Source: Carcharhinus longimanus (taxonomy: Eukaryota). From it: 64,000 bases of DNA. The stretch covers positions 33,937,604-34,001,603 of the forward strand of contig JASCQW010000098.1 of NCBI GenBank assembly GCA_030264375.1. Direction: 5' to 3'. Positions 37,736 to 51,420 of this stretch are shown here, one piece after another (the stretch's first letter is position 1; the number at the start of each line of letters is the position of its first letter). Both the position numbers and the translations under genes were made by a program. Under the pieces are notes generated by a model. It searched no databases and had not been told where the DNA came from. It was given only the letters and a program-made list of their open reading frames with translations.

Positions 37736-38399
37736 TGTTAGGGAGGAAATTCCAGAATTTTGACTTGGCAACAGTAAATAAAAGATGATATAGTTCCAAG
37801 TCAGGTTAGTGAGTGGGATTTTACAGCCTCACTTGACCCGAGACTGGAAAATTCCACCTGAGGTCAACAGATCTTTCCATTATCTGCCTCTCACCAGCTC
37901 CGATTCCCGTGTAGAATGGGCCAGTAGAATTCCAGCGAGTGTGTGGCTTAGAGAGGAGCTTGCAGATAATGATTATGTGCTATCCTTCTATGTGGAAGAT
38001 GTGGTGTGTTTGAAAAGTGTTGTGAAAGAAGCCCTGGTGAGATGATGCAATGCATCTTATGGATGGTACACATTGCTGCTACTGTGCATCACTGGCAAAA
38101 GGAGAGAGTGTTTCAGGCTGCAGGAGGGGCGTTGATGAAATGTGTTGCTTTCCCCTCGATGGTGTTGAATTTTGCAATGTTATTGGAGTTGTATTCATCC
38201 AGGCAAGCATTCCACGTAGTAGATAGCAGAGACCATTGGACTTTTGTTATTTCCAGATCTGAGGGATCTCATTCTCTTCTTGATGTATCTTCTAATATCA
38301 ACTTCCTGTTGTTATTCAATCCATACTCTAGCCTTTCCACTCTTGAATGAAGGCAAACAAGGTTACACACGCCTCAGCACTCCTTTGTAAGATAATTAT

Positions 38400-39735
38400 T
38401 ATCACTAATTAACTTGATTGAGTTTTTTGAAGAGATGACAAAGGTAATTGGAGAAGGAAGGGCTGTGGATGTAGTTTATATGGACTTTAGTAAAATGTTT
38501 GACAAGGTCTCAGGTGTCAGACTGGAACAAAAACTAAAATCACATGGGATTCAGGATAGGCTGGCTAGATGGATACAGAAATGGCTTGGTCATAGAAGAA
38601 CCTTCCACACACCTGACGAAGGAACAGTGTTTCCAAAAGCTTGTGGGATTACTATCAAATAAACTGGTTGGACTCTAACCTTGTGTTGTGGGACTTCTTA
38701 CTTAGTCATAGAAGACAGAAAGTAGTGGTGGAAGGATGTTTTTCAGAATGGAGATCTGTAGCTAGTTGTCTTTTGTAGGGATTAATATTATGACCTCTAT
38801 TTGTGGTGTATATAAATAATCTGGAGAAAAATGTGGGTGGTCTGATTAGTAAACTTGCAGATGACAAGGAAATTGATGGAATTTCTGATAGTGCTGGGAA
38901 TTGTCAGAGGATACAACAGGATATAGATAGATTGGAGACTTCGGCACTGAAATGTCAGATGGAGCTTAATTCAAACAAATGCAAGGTGATGCATTTTGGA
39001 GGATCAAATTTAGGTGTGAATTATATTGTAAATGGCAAAACTGTTAGGAACATTAACGTATAGAGGGATCTGGGTGAGCAGGTCCACAATTGGCAACACA
39101 GATGGCCAAGTTGATTAAAAAGACGTATGGCATGCTTGCCATCATCGCTGGAGCATTGAGTACAGGAGTTGGGAAATCATGTTGCAAATATATAAAACCA
39201 TGGTTAGGTTGCATTTGGAGTATTGCGTCCACTTCTGGTTGCCACACTACCAGAAGGACATGGAAGCTTTGGAGAAAATGCAGAGAAGGTTCACCAGTGT
39301 GTTGCCTGGTCTGAGAGGATGTTGATTATGAGGAGAGGTTGAATAAACTAGAATTATTTTCACTGGAAAACCAGAAGCTGAGGGGAAATCTGACAGACGT
39401 CTACAAAATTATGTAAGTGTAGACAGGATAGATAGTCAGAGGCTTTTTCCAAAGGTGTAAGTGTCAATTACAAGGGGGCACAGGTTCAAGGTGAAAGTGA
39501 GAAAGTCTTTCATGCAGAGAGTGGTGAGTGCCTGGAACGTGCTGCCAGTGGAGCTGGTGGAAGCAGACACTTTAGTAACATTTAAGAGGCATTTGGATGG
39601 ATACATGAATAGGGAGGAAATAGAAGGATATGAGCCGAGTAAGAGCAAAAGGTTCTATTTTTAGTTTAGTTAGGGCATCATGATTGGCACAGGCTTCGAG
39701 GGCCTGTTCCAGTGTTGTACTGTTCTTTGTTCTTT
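38400..39735 (+). mobile_element. CR1-type LINE, 3' half of ORF2 plus tail
   Basis: LIEFFEEMTKVIGEGRAVDVVYMDFSKMFDKV, ISKLADD, KCKVMHFG, FMQRVVSAWNVLPVELVEA; tail gggcctgttccagtgttgtactgttctttgttct. Confidence 0.9.
38600..38700 (+). mobile_element. Mini Penelope-pLTR insertion in the CR1
   Basis: cacctgacgaagg...ccaaaagcttgtgg...aaataaactggttggactctaacc; flanked by cttggtcatagaaga / cttagtcatagaaga. Confidence 0.75.
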
Positions 39736-40599
39736 AATTATCACTTGGTGATGCAGCTCAATATTTTCACTGGCCTGGAGCAAATAATTTACACCCTAGA
39801 ACTAGTGCTAAAGTTTCTTCTTTATGGTTAAAAATAAGCATCAGTGTAAATTGGTGTGGTAAAGCTAATAATTTTAATCACACATTCCAAATGAGAATCT
39901 ACACAACTAGGAACTACTACGAACATTTTCCCTCTCATTAGCTTTAATGAAATATACAGCTTTATTTCAATATGTAATTTAACATTATTAAAATAAATCA
40001 TATTAAATAATCAACAAGATGTATTAACAACAATCTACCAAATATCTACCATATCCATACACTTGGATCGAGGTTAAATTAATTAAAATTAAATTTACAT
40101 ATAAAATTTGAGCATCAACATTTTTAATCATAGACACACATAAATCTTTTACAATGTTAATCCAATTTCAAGGTCTAAATTTAAATTAAATTTTGATGAG
40201 TGTTCTTTTGAAGGAGCCATGCCTTGAACAAGAATATGACAAGCCTTCTCTTTTGTCTGGGGAGTGAGATACTAAACAGTATATGAAAGTGAAACATTGA
40301 CTGTAAGCAGTGATTGATTGACAGAGGACAGCCATGCTTGATCCTGTGCTTGCCGGATACGAATGTTTTCAGCGGGGAATGCTGTGTGGATGTAGGACCT
40401 CAGGTCAATTTTTCTTCAGTAATGCAAACCAACTGCACAGCCTCCATTGCTGCCCTGCATGAGATCAAGTCAGTGGACAAAGACCAAGGAGTGAACCGGC
40501 AGTCCTAAAATCTTGTTTTCTAAAATGTTGGACAGATGATGCAATAGTGCAAATCAGAATAAGGATGTTTAATAAGATTGCCTTGTGATTGAAATAAAG

Positions 40600-40990
40600 A
40601 TTAAATTGTTTATATATAGACAGAACCTTATGATCTTGGGATGGTTCACAGCCAATTAATAACTTTGAACTATAGTTATTGATACAGGAAATATACCCAC
40701 AGTAATCTCCCGCAAGCAGCAATGTGATAATGACCATAACACCTGTTTTAGTTATTGGTCGATAGATAAATGTCAGCTAGGAAGATCAGGAGAATTTCAT
40801 TGTCCCGCTTTAATACAGTACTATAGGATCTTCTACATCCATCTTAGAGAGGAATTTCTTACCATTTGATCCCAAAGGCAGTACAATAAAGTATTTGCTC
40901 TATTGTGTGTTCAGTCTTTGGAATGGAACTTGAACTCATAACCTTTTAACTCTGAGACAAGTGTATTACCATCTGAGTTGAGGCTGACAT
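40600..40990 (-). mobile_element. DeuSINE (SacSINE1/AmnSINE1-like)
   Basis: Minus strand tRNA-like head and Deu-domain-like ggtcattatcacattgctgcttgcgggag...ttcaaagttattaattggctgtgaa. Confidence 0.65.
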
Positions 40991-41325
40991 CTTGATGTCA
41001 AGTTTTGTCAATTACAGATTTTCACGTAGATGTTGGTCTTTTAAGTAAAGAGGTGTTGTTGCCATGTTTTCATCTACACTATTTGTGTTAAAGTTGGCAT
41101 AAACCCCAAGTACTTGTTATCATACTCAACTTTGGTATTTTATGTCATAGCACCAAATTAATCAACCTCTCCATTCTAGAACATTACTATGGTTCTACCT
41201 GAACTCCAAGAATTTATTGTGTTTTCAATTTATGTATCTATTTTTCTATTATATAATGGTCTCCATCTTGTTCCATATTTGGAAGTTATACTGATGCAGC
41301 CTATTATAAAACTTTAGGACTCACA

Positions 41326-41588
41326 GGGCAGCATGATGGCATAGTGGTTAGCACTACTGCTTGACAGTACCAGAGACTTGGGTTCAGTTCAGCCTTGGGT
41401 GGCTGTCTGTGTTTACACATTCTTCCTGTGTCTGAGTAAGTTTCCTCTGGGTGCTCTCATTTCATCCCACACTCCAAAGTTGTGCAGATTAGCAAGGTAA
41501 ATACTTGGGGTTATGGGAATAGGGGCTGGGTGGGATTGTTGTCGTTGAAGGCTCGATGGGCTAAAGGTCACTATAGGGATTTTATTCT
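41326..41588 (+). mobile_element. HE1-type V-SINE (degraded)
   Basis: gggcagcatgatggcatagtggttagcact head and V-domain. Confidence 0.8.
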
Positions 41589-42444
41589 GTGAAAGTAGTT
41601 GGCAGACCAGGTTTCACCGTACATGGAAATGACTGGGGACAATGAGGGATACAGAAAGACAGACAATGAGGAATGGTATAGAGGGCATTACCCACGCTCA
41701 CAACCCCATCAGATATCGAGTGGTAGCACTAAAGCTTCAGTTGGGTGAATTGCATGTTGGCTGATGTGAAATCTACTTGTTTGATATTAGTACATACTTG
41801 TATCATTGTGTATTCTATCTTCAGTTGTATAGTTGTTTGGTTATCTTTATAAGTCATTTAAAATTGAATTAGATGTTAGCTCTACTGCCATTCTTACAAC
41901 TTGCTTCATAATTGCATCATCTGTCAGTACTACCAAAGCAAATTAATGCAGATACCAGAAATCTGAAATGGAAGCAGCCAGTAGTAACCCTGACTGAATA
42001 TCAGCATAAAAGTTTTGATTTTGACAACAGTTAGAAATACTCTGCTCATTGAGGTGTTTTATTTCAGATCAGCTTGGATCAGGCAGAAAGATCTCATGAT
42101 TTCTGCTGTAAATCAAACCCCACAGGCATATTGTGGCCTCCTGTGTATTTCTGCTATTTGACTTGTAACAGTACTGAAAGTAAGGGATTCTAATACTAGT
42201 GTTGTTATGGACAGCATACCCATATGGACTGATCACTTTAGCTTTCTTACCAAATTCCAGAAGCTTGATGTAAGCAAAATACTGTGGATGCTCGAATCTG
42301 AAACGAGAACAGGGGATGCCAGAAAAACACAGGTCTGTCAACATCTATTAGGAGAGAAATAATTTTAAAATTTGTTTTTGTGTTTATACCATAAACATTG
42401 AAGATACTTGAAATGAATCCCCTGCCTTCACTCTCCAAACAGAC

Positions 42445-42990
42445 TGACATGGAACATGGGAGCAGGAATAGACCATTCACCCCATTGAGCTTGCTCTGCC
42501 ATTCAATATGATCATGGCTGATCATCCCCTTCAGTACCTTTTGCCCCATATCCTTTTATGTCAGTGGTATTTAGAAACTGTCAATCTGCTTTAAACCAGC
42601 TCAGTGACTGAGCTTCCACAGCCCTCTGGGGCAGAGAATTCCAAAGATTCCTCATCTCAGTTCCAAGTGGCTTTTCCCTTATTTTGAAATTGTGATCCCT
42701 GGTTGTAGACTCTCCAACCAAGGGAAACATCTTATGTGCATCTACCCTATTGATCCGTTTTAATATTTTGTAAGGTTCAATATGATCACTTTTTATTCTT
42801 TGAAATGCTAGTGAATACAGGTCCAGCAGCAAATTTGGTAAACCATTGTTGCATTCCCTCTAATAGCAATAATATCCTTCTAAAGGAAAAAGCTGAACAC
42901 TACTTCAGGCATGGTCTCCAGATAGAGGCCAAAATAAGACCACAGCAATTGTGTGAAAGATCCCAGGGTGAAGACTTGTACAAAGTTGGA
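42445..42990 (-). mobile_element. CR1-type LINE 3' end
   Basis: YKILKRINRVDAHKMFPLVGESTTRDHNFKI..LWNSLPQRAVEAQSLSWFKA. Confidence 0.85.
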
Positions 42991-44325
42991 CTCGACTCTG
43001 TGGTACTTATGCTGGAAGTTATGTTGGGGGTACAAGCCATCCAATTCAAGTTCAATCTCTGTGTGGGTTTATTTTTGTACATAATTGACAACTCTAGTTG
43101 AGCTCAAAAGGTGCATTTAAGTTTTGTTTCTCCCAAAAGAGAAAAATAGACAAGAAAAATAACCTGTCAACAACAAACTGTGCAAGGATTAGTATTCAGG
43201 CTGTACTCTCATTCTCTGCAGTTACATTGTGACTTAGTGGAGCAGATGCAATTCTTTTTGTCAGTTCTAAGTCTACAATGCCTCAGTAATTCACAGCTGA
43301 CTTGAATATCAGTGATCTGAGCAATAAGCCAAAACTAAAACAGCAAGGATTGTCTGTTAAATTCCCAGGCTTACTACGAGTTAACTTGAATTTGAGTAGG
43401 TTAAAACACACACATGGGGAATAGAAATGAGAACTTTACCTAGTAATCTGAGGCACTGAATCTATGAGAAGTAGCTTGGGTCAGATTTCCCATTCTCATT
43501 GGGCACAAATCTGGTCAGAGTAGCTTGCTGCCCATTATTGAACCCACCTGATTTTCATTGAAATGAACAGTCAGGCGGTGAAAGAGGAAAATTACCCCCT
43601 AGAGTGGAAGTGGTGACAAATCTTTTTTCTCAGTTAGTGAAGGAGCTGCATGGGTACTCCTGTTGAAAGAACCCAATACTAGACACATATTCTACAAACT
43701 GCAGGAGAGCGAAAAAGAAAACACATTTTTGTAGTGGGTGAATGATGAAGGGCTTAAACATTACAGAGTGGTCATATGGTATGTAATAAAAGCAAACCAC
43801 ATGTATTCGATGTTGTTTTTCCAGTCAATCCCTATCACTGCCCTTTGAACTATGCCAGACTTTGTTTAAGTTTCAAACTGCCTGGAGGTGTAGAAGGTTC
43901 CCGTAATTTGCAAAATCGGTTTCAGGAAAGATTTTTTTTGCCAGACTAAATCTGACTGCCCCTTATTGCTTTACCATGACTCTACCCCCTCAAAGGAGTT
44001 TATTAAAGCAGTGTTTTGATGCATCATTACTAAGTAATTTAAGATAAGAGACAGTTAACCACAAAACTACTCATGCTCTACTCATTTTAATTTGTTTTTT
44101 TATATTTCATTGACAAATCACTGTGATTTTTCAAACTGCAAAGCATCATTTGTTTCATCAAAGTCAGATAAAATTGAAGTTACAACTGGGAATACCTTCT
44201 TGAATGATAACAAAATACCTCACTGAGGTCAATTCTTCAGTTCTGTGTTTGCAGTGAGGAGCCAAGAACAGACAGTACAGGTTGGATAAAGGACAAAAGC
44301 AAGAGCACTGACTAGACCTTTGATT

Positions 44326-44379
44326 ATCAAATAAATAGGTTGGACTAAAACCTGGTGTTGTCAGACTTTTTACTGTGTT
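44326..44379 (+). mobile_element. 54-bp Penelope-pLTR fragment with perfect TSD
   Basis: caaataaataggttggactaaaacctggtgttgtcagac flanked by tagacctttgatt (44313-44325, 44380-44392). Confidence 0.75.
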
Positions 44380-44796
44380 TAGACCTTTGATTCACAGCTC
44401 CCTCTTGTAATCTGTAAATTCAATCAATTAACACAATTAACCCCAAGACAAATTAACCAGGGATGAGGAATGATTCAAATATCCATGTAGGTGGATAAAA
44501 CAGAAAGCTAGCTGATGTCTTCAATAAATTAAAAAACAAGTCTGGATGTTACCTTTTGCCTTTCTTTATTTATAGTTTCCTTGGAACAAAGGAACAGTAG
44601 CAGGCCTGTTCTGCCAATTAAATACATTATGGCTGATCTGTACTTCAACTTAATTTTACCAGTCTTTGCTAAGTATCATTTAATACCATTTCCTAACAAG
44701 AATCTCTATTAACTGAACATTAACAGCTTTTTGGAGGAGATAGTCCCAGATTCCCATTATTCATGTGGAAAAAAGTACGCCTGATTTCACTGTTAA

Positions 44797-45115
44797 AGAA
44801 TCACGGAATTGCTACAGTGTAGAAGGAGGCCATTTGGTCCATCAAGCTTGCACTGACCACAATACCACCCAGACTCTATCCTCACAACCCCATGCATTTA
44901 CTGTTCTGGTCCCCTGATACTAAGGGGCAATTTTAGCATGGCCAATCCAGCTAACCTGCACATCTTTGGACTATGTGAGGAAGCTGGAGCACCCGGAGGG
45001 AACCAACTCGGACACAGGGGGAGCGTGTAAACTCCACACAGTCATTTGAGACTGGAATTGAACCCGGGTCCCTGCTGCTTTGAGGCAGCAGTGCTAACCA
45101 CGATGCCACTGTGCT
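44797..45115 (-). mobile_element. HE1-type V-SINE
   Basis: Full head, V-domain and tail on the minus strand. Confidence 0.85.
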
Positions 45116-45559
45116 GTCTCTTTGTGGTTGGCACTGAGTCTCTGACAGAGCATCTCACCCCCTGCGGCCTATCTCTTGGTCATTCAGGGACTCACTTTCA
45201 TTTTTGGTGGGAAGGGAGCATGTCTCCAAAGCTGGAGATTGGGAGTGGCCCGGCCTTGGAACAGTGGGGCTGGCTAGCAGGTTGCTTGAAATGAGCTTAT
45301 TAGCATCTTTCAGGTGGGTGAGAATTTNNNNNNNNNNNNNNNNNNNNNNNNNNNNNNNNNNNNNNNNNNNNNNNNNNNNNNNNNNNNNNNNNNNNNNNNN
45401 NNNNNNNNNNNNNNNNNNNNNNNNNNNNNNNNNNNNNNNNNNNNNNNNNNNNNNNNNNNNNNNNNNNNNNNNNNNNNNNNNNNNNNNNNNNNNNTAGCAT
45501 TTATCTTAATTATCAGCTTTATATAACAGATTGGCACTGAATCTGAATTAAAACAGATA

Positions 45560-46358
45560 ATGCTAGATAAACTCAGCAGGCCTGGGATATTAACTTCCAG
45601 GCTCACTTGCCTCTGTGGCCTCACCAGGAGAAGTTCTCTCTGGTGAGGATCAGAGCTAGTCCCCAGCAACAGAGACCAGCTGAGATGACCTCACCGATAG
45701 AAAAGGAGGCCATTGAGGCCCCCAGGGAGTCAGGGGCAAAGGGGGTGGTGCTGCTTGAGCTCTGCCAGCCTGACACCCTGGCTCTGCCCACTGGTCACAG
45801 GGCAGCGCCAAGATAATGAGGCCCACTGGGGATGGGACCAAACCAGGGATTGGTGGTGAGGGGAGGGGGACCCACTACCACTCTGCAAGGGATTGGCGGG
45901 AGGAGGGAGGGTATGATTGAGGCTGGCCATGGGGTTGATCCAGTGGTCTGTGGAAGGGGGCATTGGGCCAGTGATTGGAGGGGGAGGGAATTCAGTCCAG
46001 GTGTGAAGGGGATTAATTGGTCTGAGTGGGTAAGGGGATTGCATTAGGCCGCTGGCCCCCATGGAAGCTGGGAAGGGGAGTGGGTGTTGCTTTGTTTGAG
46101 GTTGAATTGGATCAGTTGAGGACGAGTGACAGACCTCTACTGCTAGACACCTGCGTATGCCAAATTTCCCCCTTTGCTGCTCTCAGTCAGTGTTTAGGTG
46201 ACTTAAGTCCTGCCTGCTCCCCCTACAGGCAAGAAACCATTTTCAAGGATTGTTTTTGTCAAAGTGCATAAGATTGCAGATTTGAACTCACCCAAATCAG
46301 AAACTTTTCCATTTTCCCACCTGATTTGGACTTGGAATTATTTTGCTAACATCACCCC
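45560..46358. mobile_element. GC-rich MITE-like element (left end near a gap)
   Basis: G-rich interior; right end ttttgctaacatcacccc resembles the ends of the other copies. Confidence 0.45.
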
Positions 46359-46659
46359 AATGTACTCGTACTGCTCATAATTTGCCATTGACATAAAACC
46401 TCTTCCAGTTGTATAGTGGTAATTGATGTACACAGTTACACAAGACCAAAAGTATAGTATAACCAAAATATATGTGAAGCTATAGCATTATTGTACATAT
46501 TATTTATTTCCTTATAATGACAAAAACATTGAGATTGAGTTCACCACAAACTGCTCCTGCGGTATTATTAAAGAAAGTTAATAACTACTCAGTTTTAGGC
46601 ATAATGGAGCTTCCTACTTAGACGCCGTAATGAAACTATGGGCAATATGTGCAACAGAC

Positions 46660-47015
46660 TGATCAAATTAGAAGGGAAAGGGAAAAGATTGTATTTGCAG
46701 CTACTGCACTTTCCCCAGATTGGAATCAAAGCCTTTTGGAAAAGAAAAGCTTTGGGAGAGAGATGGAGAGAGACAAGAGAAACGGTGAAGAGAGGATTCA
46801 GAAGGTGAGAGCAGAGGAGAAGACTAAGCAGAGGTAGAAAATGTGAACAAGGGTGCAGGGTTGAGTTTGAAGGAGAGAGAGCCGGAGGGGAGGAAAGCGA
46901 GGAAAAGAAGAAAGTGGAAGAGAGAAGATGAGTCAAAAGAAGAGATTTGCAAATGACAGGGAAGGAATGTGATAGAGTTGAGAGGAAGTGGGAGAAGAAA
47001 TGAACAAAAAGAAAG
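46660..47015. repeat. Purine-rich (GA) low-complexity tract
   Basis: Composition: gagagagatggagagagacaagagaaa... Confidence 0.6.
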
Positions 47016-48470
47016 TTATACTGCAGTAATAAATGACAGCAGATATCTCATGGCATTGCTGCAGTATATTTTAATAATTGTTATAAGCAAAGTATGAAAT
47101 GGAGATGATATATGTGATACATAGCATATTATATGGAAATTTTTAAAATAATATATATATTTAGCCTTACAATATTTATTAAGTTATAGAAACGAATAAT
47201 AGTGCAGTTAACTGAATTTCAGTAATTATGATGTTTAATCCTGTTAGTACATGTTGTGCAGTTCAATATCACAACAATGATGAAGATTGGGAAAACAACA
47301 TTAATAATTGTTTCAGTTCAGTATCACATTATTGACACTGAGTATTCTGTAAAATAATGGAGTGTTAATAATTATAATTGAATCCAATGTTTTTTTTGCC
47401 AAGTGCAGCATCATTATTAAATAATTTTGTTTGTGAATCACATTCATAGTTTTGCAGCTACAGTTACTGTGTGATAGAGCCATAGTTATCATTGAAGTAC
47501 AGCCTGAATCTGCAGTAAGAAGCTGATGGAATATTTGAGTGAAGGAAAGTGAGATTCCCTGGAGGACACAGTCTCCACTCCATCCTTTTTCAGTCAGTAT
47601 GGGTCTTGAAAGTAATGGAGGGTAAGCCTCAGGCAGCTAAGGGAAGAAGGTTTTTTAACAATTATTTGTCGACCACCTTGTTTTTCAGAGTGAATGACTG
47701 GTAGGCAGATGAAAGCTACCAGTACATGTTTAACATTAGTGTGAAGTTTCATTCTGATATTCCTTGCAGGCTTCTCTACACTGCTGTCAAATTGAAATGT
47801 GGTTCAGAAGCCCACAATATGTAGAAAACAATCACTCTGATTTTCCCCAGGCCAGCCAAATAATGACCAGAGGTTAAGCTTGCCATCCAATTAAGTATAC
47901 ATACTTTGATATTAATAATAAATTACCAAGGGACAAAAAAAAACAATTGCTGATTTTTGCTTCGAGAACTAAGACTGTTTGAATATATTTCAGAGCTCTT
48001 GTACTATTGCTGATCATTATCTACTGCTTTTACACCATTTTTAAGAAGCACGAGCATCTTTTCAAAATATCATTTATGGGATCTGGGTGTCACTGGCTAG
48101 GCCAGCATTTATTGCCCGTCCCTGGTTTCTTTTCATAAGGTGATGTTGAGCTGCCTTCTTGAACGGCTGTGGTTCCTGAGGCGTAGGTACACCTACAGAG
48201 CTGTTAGGGAGGGAGTCCATGATTTTGACCCAGCGACTGAAGAAACGACAATATATTTCCAAATCAGGGCGGTGAGAGTCTTGGAGGTGAACTTCCCAGG
48301 TGGTGTTCCCAGGTATCTACTGCTTTTGTTCTTCCAGATGGTAGTGGTCTTGGGTTTGGAAGGTGCTGACAAAGAAACCTTGGTGAGTTCTTGCGGTGCA
48401 TCTTGTAAAAGGTACACTGCTGCATCAGTAGTGGTGGGAGTAAATGTTTGTGGAAGGGTTGCCAATCAAG

Positions 48471-48728
48471 TTAAAGTGTATTTATTAGTCATAAGTAAGA
48501 CTCACATTCACACTGCAATGAAGTTACTGTGAAATTTCCTTAGCTGCCACGTTCCGGCACTTGTTCAGTTCAATGCACCTAACTTGCACGTCTTCCAGAA
48601 ACCAGAGCATCCGGAGGAAACCCACGTANNNNNNNNNNATGCTAACTCCACACAGACAGTGATCCAAGCTGAGAATTGAACCAGGGTTTCTGGCACTGTG
48701 ACGCAGCAGTGCTAACCACTGTGCCATG
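48471..48728 (-). mobile_element. HE1-like V-SINE with alternative tail
   Basis: Head ggcacagtggttagcactgc; tail ttcacagtaacttcattgcagtg. Confidence 0.8.
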
Positions 48729-49019
48729 CTGCTTTGCCCTGGATGGTGCCAAGCTTCTTGAGCATTGTTGAAGCTGCTCTCATCCAGGGAAGTGGAGAGT
48801 ATGCCATCATACTCCTGACTTGTGCCTTGTAGATGGTAACCAGGTTTTGGGGAGTTAGGAGGCGAGTTACTGGTTGCAGAATTCCTAACCTGTGACCTGC
48901 TCTTGCAACAACAGTATTTNNNNNNNNNNNNNNNNNNNNNNNNNNNNNNNNNNNNNNNNNNNNNNNNNNNNNNNNNNNNNNNNNNNNNNNNNNNNNNNNN
49001 NNNNNNNNNNNNNNNNNNN

Positions 49020-49270
49020 TTCTAAACATTTACTGCAGATGTGGACCTTGGGGACACGTGACACCACCAGGAACTCCCACATGTGGCACCTGACACGACT
49101 TACATTCCTCCCTACGTTCCCTGCCATGTCCCAACCTCCAGTAAGTGCCCAAAGGTAGAAGTCTGTCACTCACCTTCTCTAAGCCTGCTCTCTCCTTAGC
49201 CCAGCGAGCCAAAGCCCTTCTCACTCAGTTCCCACTCACTCCGCTGCCCGCTCCCGACGCTGCCCACTGA
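49020..49270 (-). mobile_element. CR1 5' UTR and ORF1 zinc-finger start next to a gap
   Basis: MAGNVGRNVSRVRCHMWEFLVVSRVPKVHICSKCLE, homologous to 11015-11083. Confidence 0.75.
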
Positions 49271-49522
49271 TGAAGCCTAGGACACTACTCTGAGGATTTC
49301 ATGCAGTGATGTACTGGAACGATGTTAATGACCTCCAACCACCATAACCATCTTCCTTTGTACCAGACATGACTCCAACCAATGGAAGGTTTACCCTCAA
49401 TTCCCATTGACTCCAGTTTGGTAGGTCTCCATGATGCCACAGTTGGTCAAATGCTGCCTTGATGTCAAGAGCAGTCACTCTCATCTCACCTCTGGAATTC
49501 AACTCTTCTGTCCATTGAACCT

Positions 49523-49832
49523 TAGAATAGAATCCCTAGAGCGCAGAAGAAGGCCATTCGGCCCATCAAGTCTGCACAGATCCAATCCCAGCCAGTCCTA
49601 TTCCCGTAACCCCACGTATTTACCCTGCTAATTCCCCTAACACGAAGGTCAATTTAGCACATCCAATCAACATAACCCACTGTGCTTAGGCTGTGAGAGT
49701 AAACTGGAGAACCCAGAGGAAACCCACACAGACACAGGGAGAATGCTCAAACTCCACACAGACAGTGACCAGAGGCTGGAATTGAATCCTGGCACTAAGG
49801 CAGCCGTGCTCACCACTGTGCCACTGTGCAGC
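49523..49832 (-). mobile_element. HE1-type V-SINE
   Basis: Head, V-domain and gggccgaatggccttcttctgc tail. Confidence 0.85.
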
Positions 49833-50169
49833 CCTTGAACCAAGACTGTAATGAGCTCAGGATTTGAGTGACCTGGTGAAACTCAAACTGAGTATCAGTG
49901 AGCAGGCTATTGCTGAGACAGTGCTGCTTGATAGCACTGTTGATAAGCCCTTCCGTCACTTTACTGATGATCAAAGCTAAATGAATGGAATGGTTTCTTG
50001 TGTACAGGACGTATCTGGGCAATGTTCCACATTACCAGGTAGATGAGAGTGTTCTAGTTGTACTGGAACAGCTTGGTTAGAGTGAAATGACCCAAATACA
50101 ATTGCATTAGAAACTTTACTGAGTCAACTGCACAATTACTGTGACAACAAGAATAAGTCAGGTACCTTT

Positions 50170-50690
50170 TTTAAGTCTGCAAAGTTCTCCTAAAAGTCTT
50201 TCCACCATCGGCAAGGTACAAGTCGAAAGTGTGTTGAAATTCTCTCCACTTTCCTGGATAAGTGCAGCTCCGATACTGCTCGAGAAGCTCAACACCATCC
50301 ATCATAAAGCAGCCCACTTAATCAGCACACCACGCAACACCTTGAGTATTTACACACTCACATCATGGCCATGATACGCCAGTGGTATAATGTTATTTAC
50401 AAGATGTATTGCAGAAAGTCACTAAGCTTTATTCAATCGTGCCTTCCAAACCAGCAAGCTTTGGACAAGGGCAGCAGGTGCACAGGAACAACATGACTTG
50501 CAGATTTCTTTCCAAGTCTCTTTCACCATTCCAAATTGGAAATATATCACTGTTCCTTCATTGTTGAGAGTACATTCACCACCCTGTTGCAGAGCATTCA
50601 AGAAAGAGGATCACCACCATTTTCTTAAGGGCAATTAGGAATGGGCAATAACGTTGGCCTTGTCCAAATCAAGTGGATGAACAAACACAA
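50170..50690 (+). mobile_element. LINE 3' end (same family as 32410-34015)
   Basis: KVQVESVLKFSPLSWISAAPILLEKLNTIHHKAAHLI; tail aagggcaattaggaatgggcaataa. Confidence 0.75.
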
Positions 50691-50910
50691 ACAAGTGTTT
50701 TTCCGTCAAGACTGAAAAAAAAGGCTTTTGACAATCCCTGATTTTTCAAATATATTTATCTTTTTCTCAAAGCCAATGCATAGAGTGGACTGAGCAAGCC
50801 ACTAATCCATCTCCTTGCTTCAAAAAACAATTCAATTCGCGGTCCCCAGACAAGGAACGTTCCAGACCCGAGCCGACAAGACCAGGCATTACATCTAATC
50901 CCACATTTGC

Positions 50911-51420
50911 TGCAGAATTCTCTCATTTCAGGCTAAGTGCCCAAGCCAGTGGGAGAACGAGAGTGTTTCCCATTGGTACTGGCAATATTTGTTAGGTGGG
51001 ATTCGCTCACTTGAAATATGCAAATAGACTCATCTCGGGGAACTTCCTGGCCAGACACACTGTTCCGGGATCAGGGCTCCATTTTCATAAGGTGCCAATC
51101 TCCTCGGTCGGAAGCAGGTCCCCCGACTCCCACACCCAAAAAAATGAAGTGGGGGGCCCCAAGGGTTGAGGGCAGCACTATCAAACCCTCAACAAAGGCG
51201 ACAATCTCCCCCACCTCCCATCATTTAGATAACGGGTCACCCCGCGTCCATCTCAGGCATGAGGGTGATCCAACCTGACCACCTCCCCTTTTTGGGCCCT
51301 CCCCCTCAGACTCCTATTCATGTCCCCATCCCCTCAGACTCCCACTCAGGCCCACCTTCAGGCCTTGTGCCTTGACAATACTAACAGTGCATTATGCCCA
51401 GGCCTGGTGTCTTGAATGTT
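50911..51420. mobile_element. GC-rich MITE-like fragment
   Basis: Starts gcagaattctctc, C-rich interior; a matching-type end gagaatcccac lies at ~52490-52500. Confidence 0.4.

Larger units (their letters stand above)
48070..50080 (-). mobile_element. CR1/L2-superfamily LINE (same family as 32410-34015) with nested insertions
   Basis: TIYKAQVRSMMAYSPLPWM, VTALDIKAAFD, IISKVTEGLINSAIKQH; interrupted by SINEs at 48471-48728 and 49523-49832 and a CR1 5' end at 49020-49270. Confidence 0.8.

Noticed and set aside
46595-46936. Leu/Ser-rich 113-aa ORF
   Set aside because: Antisense of a purine-rich low-complexity tract
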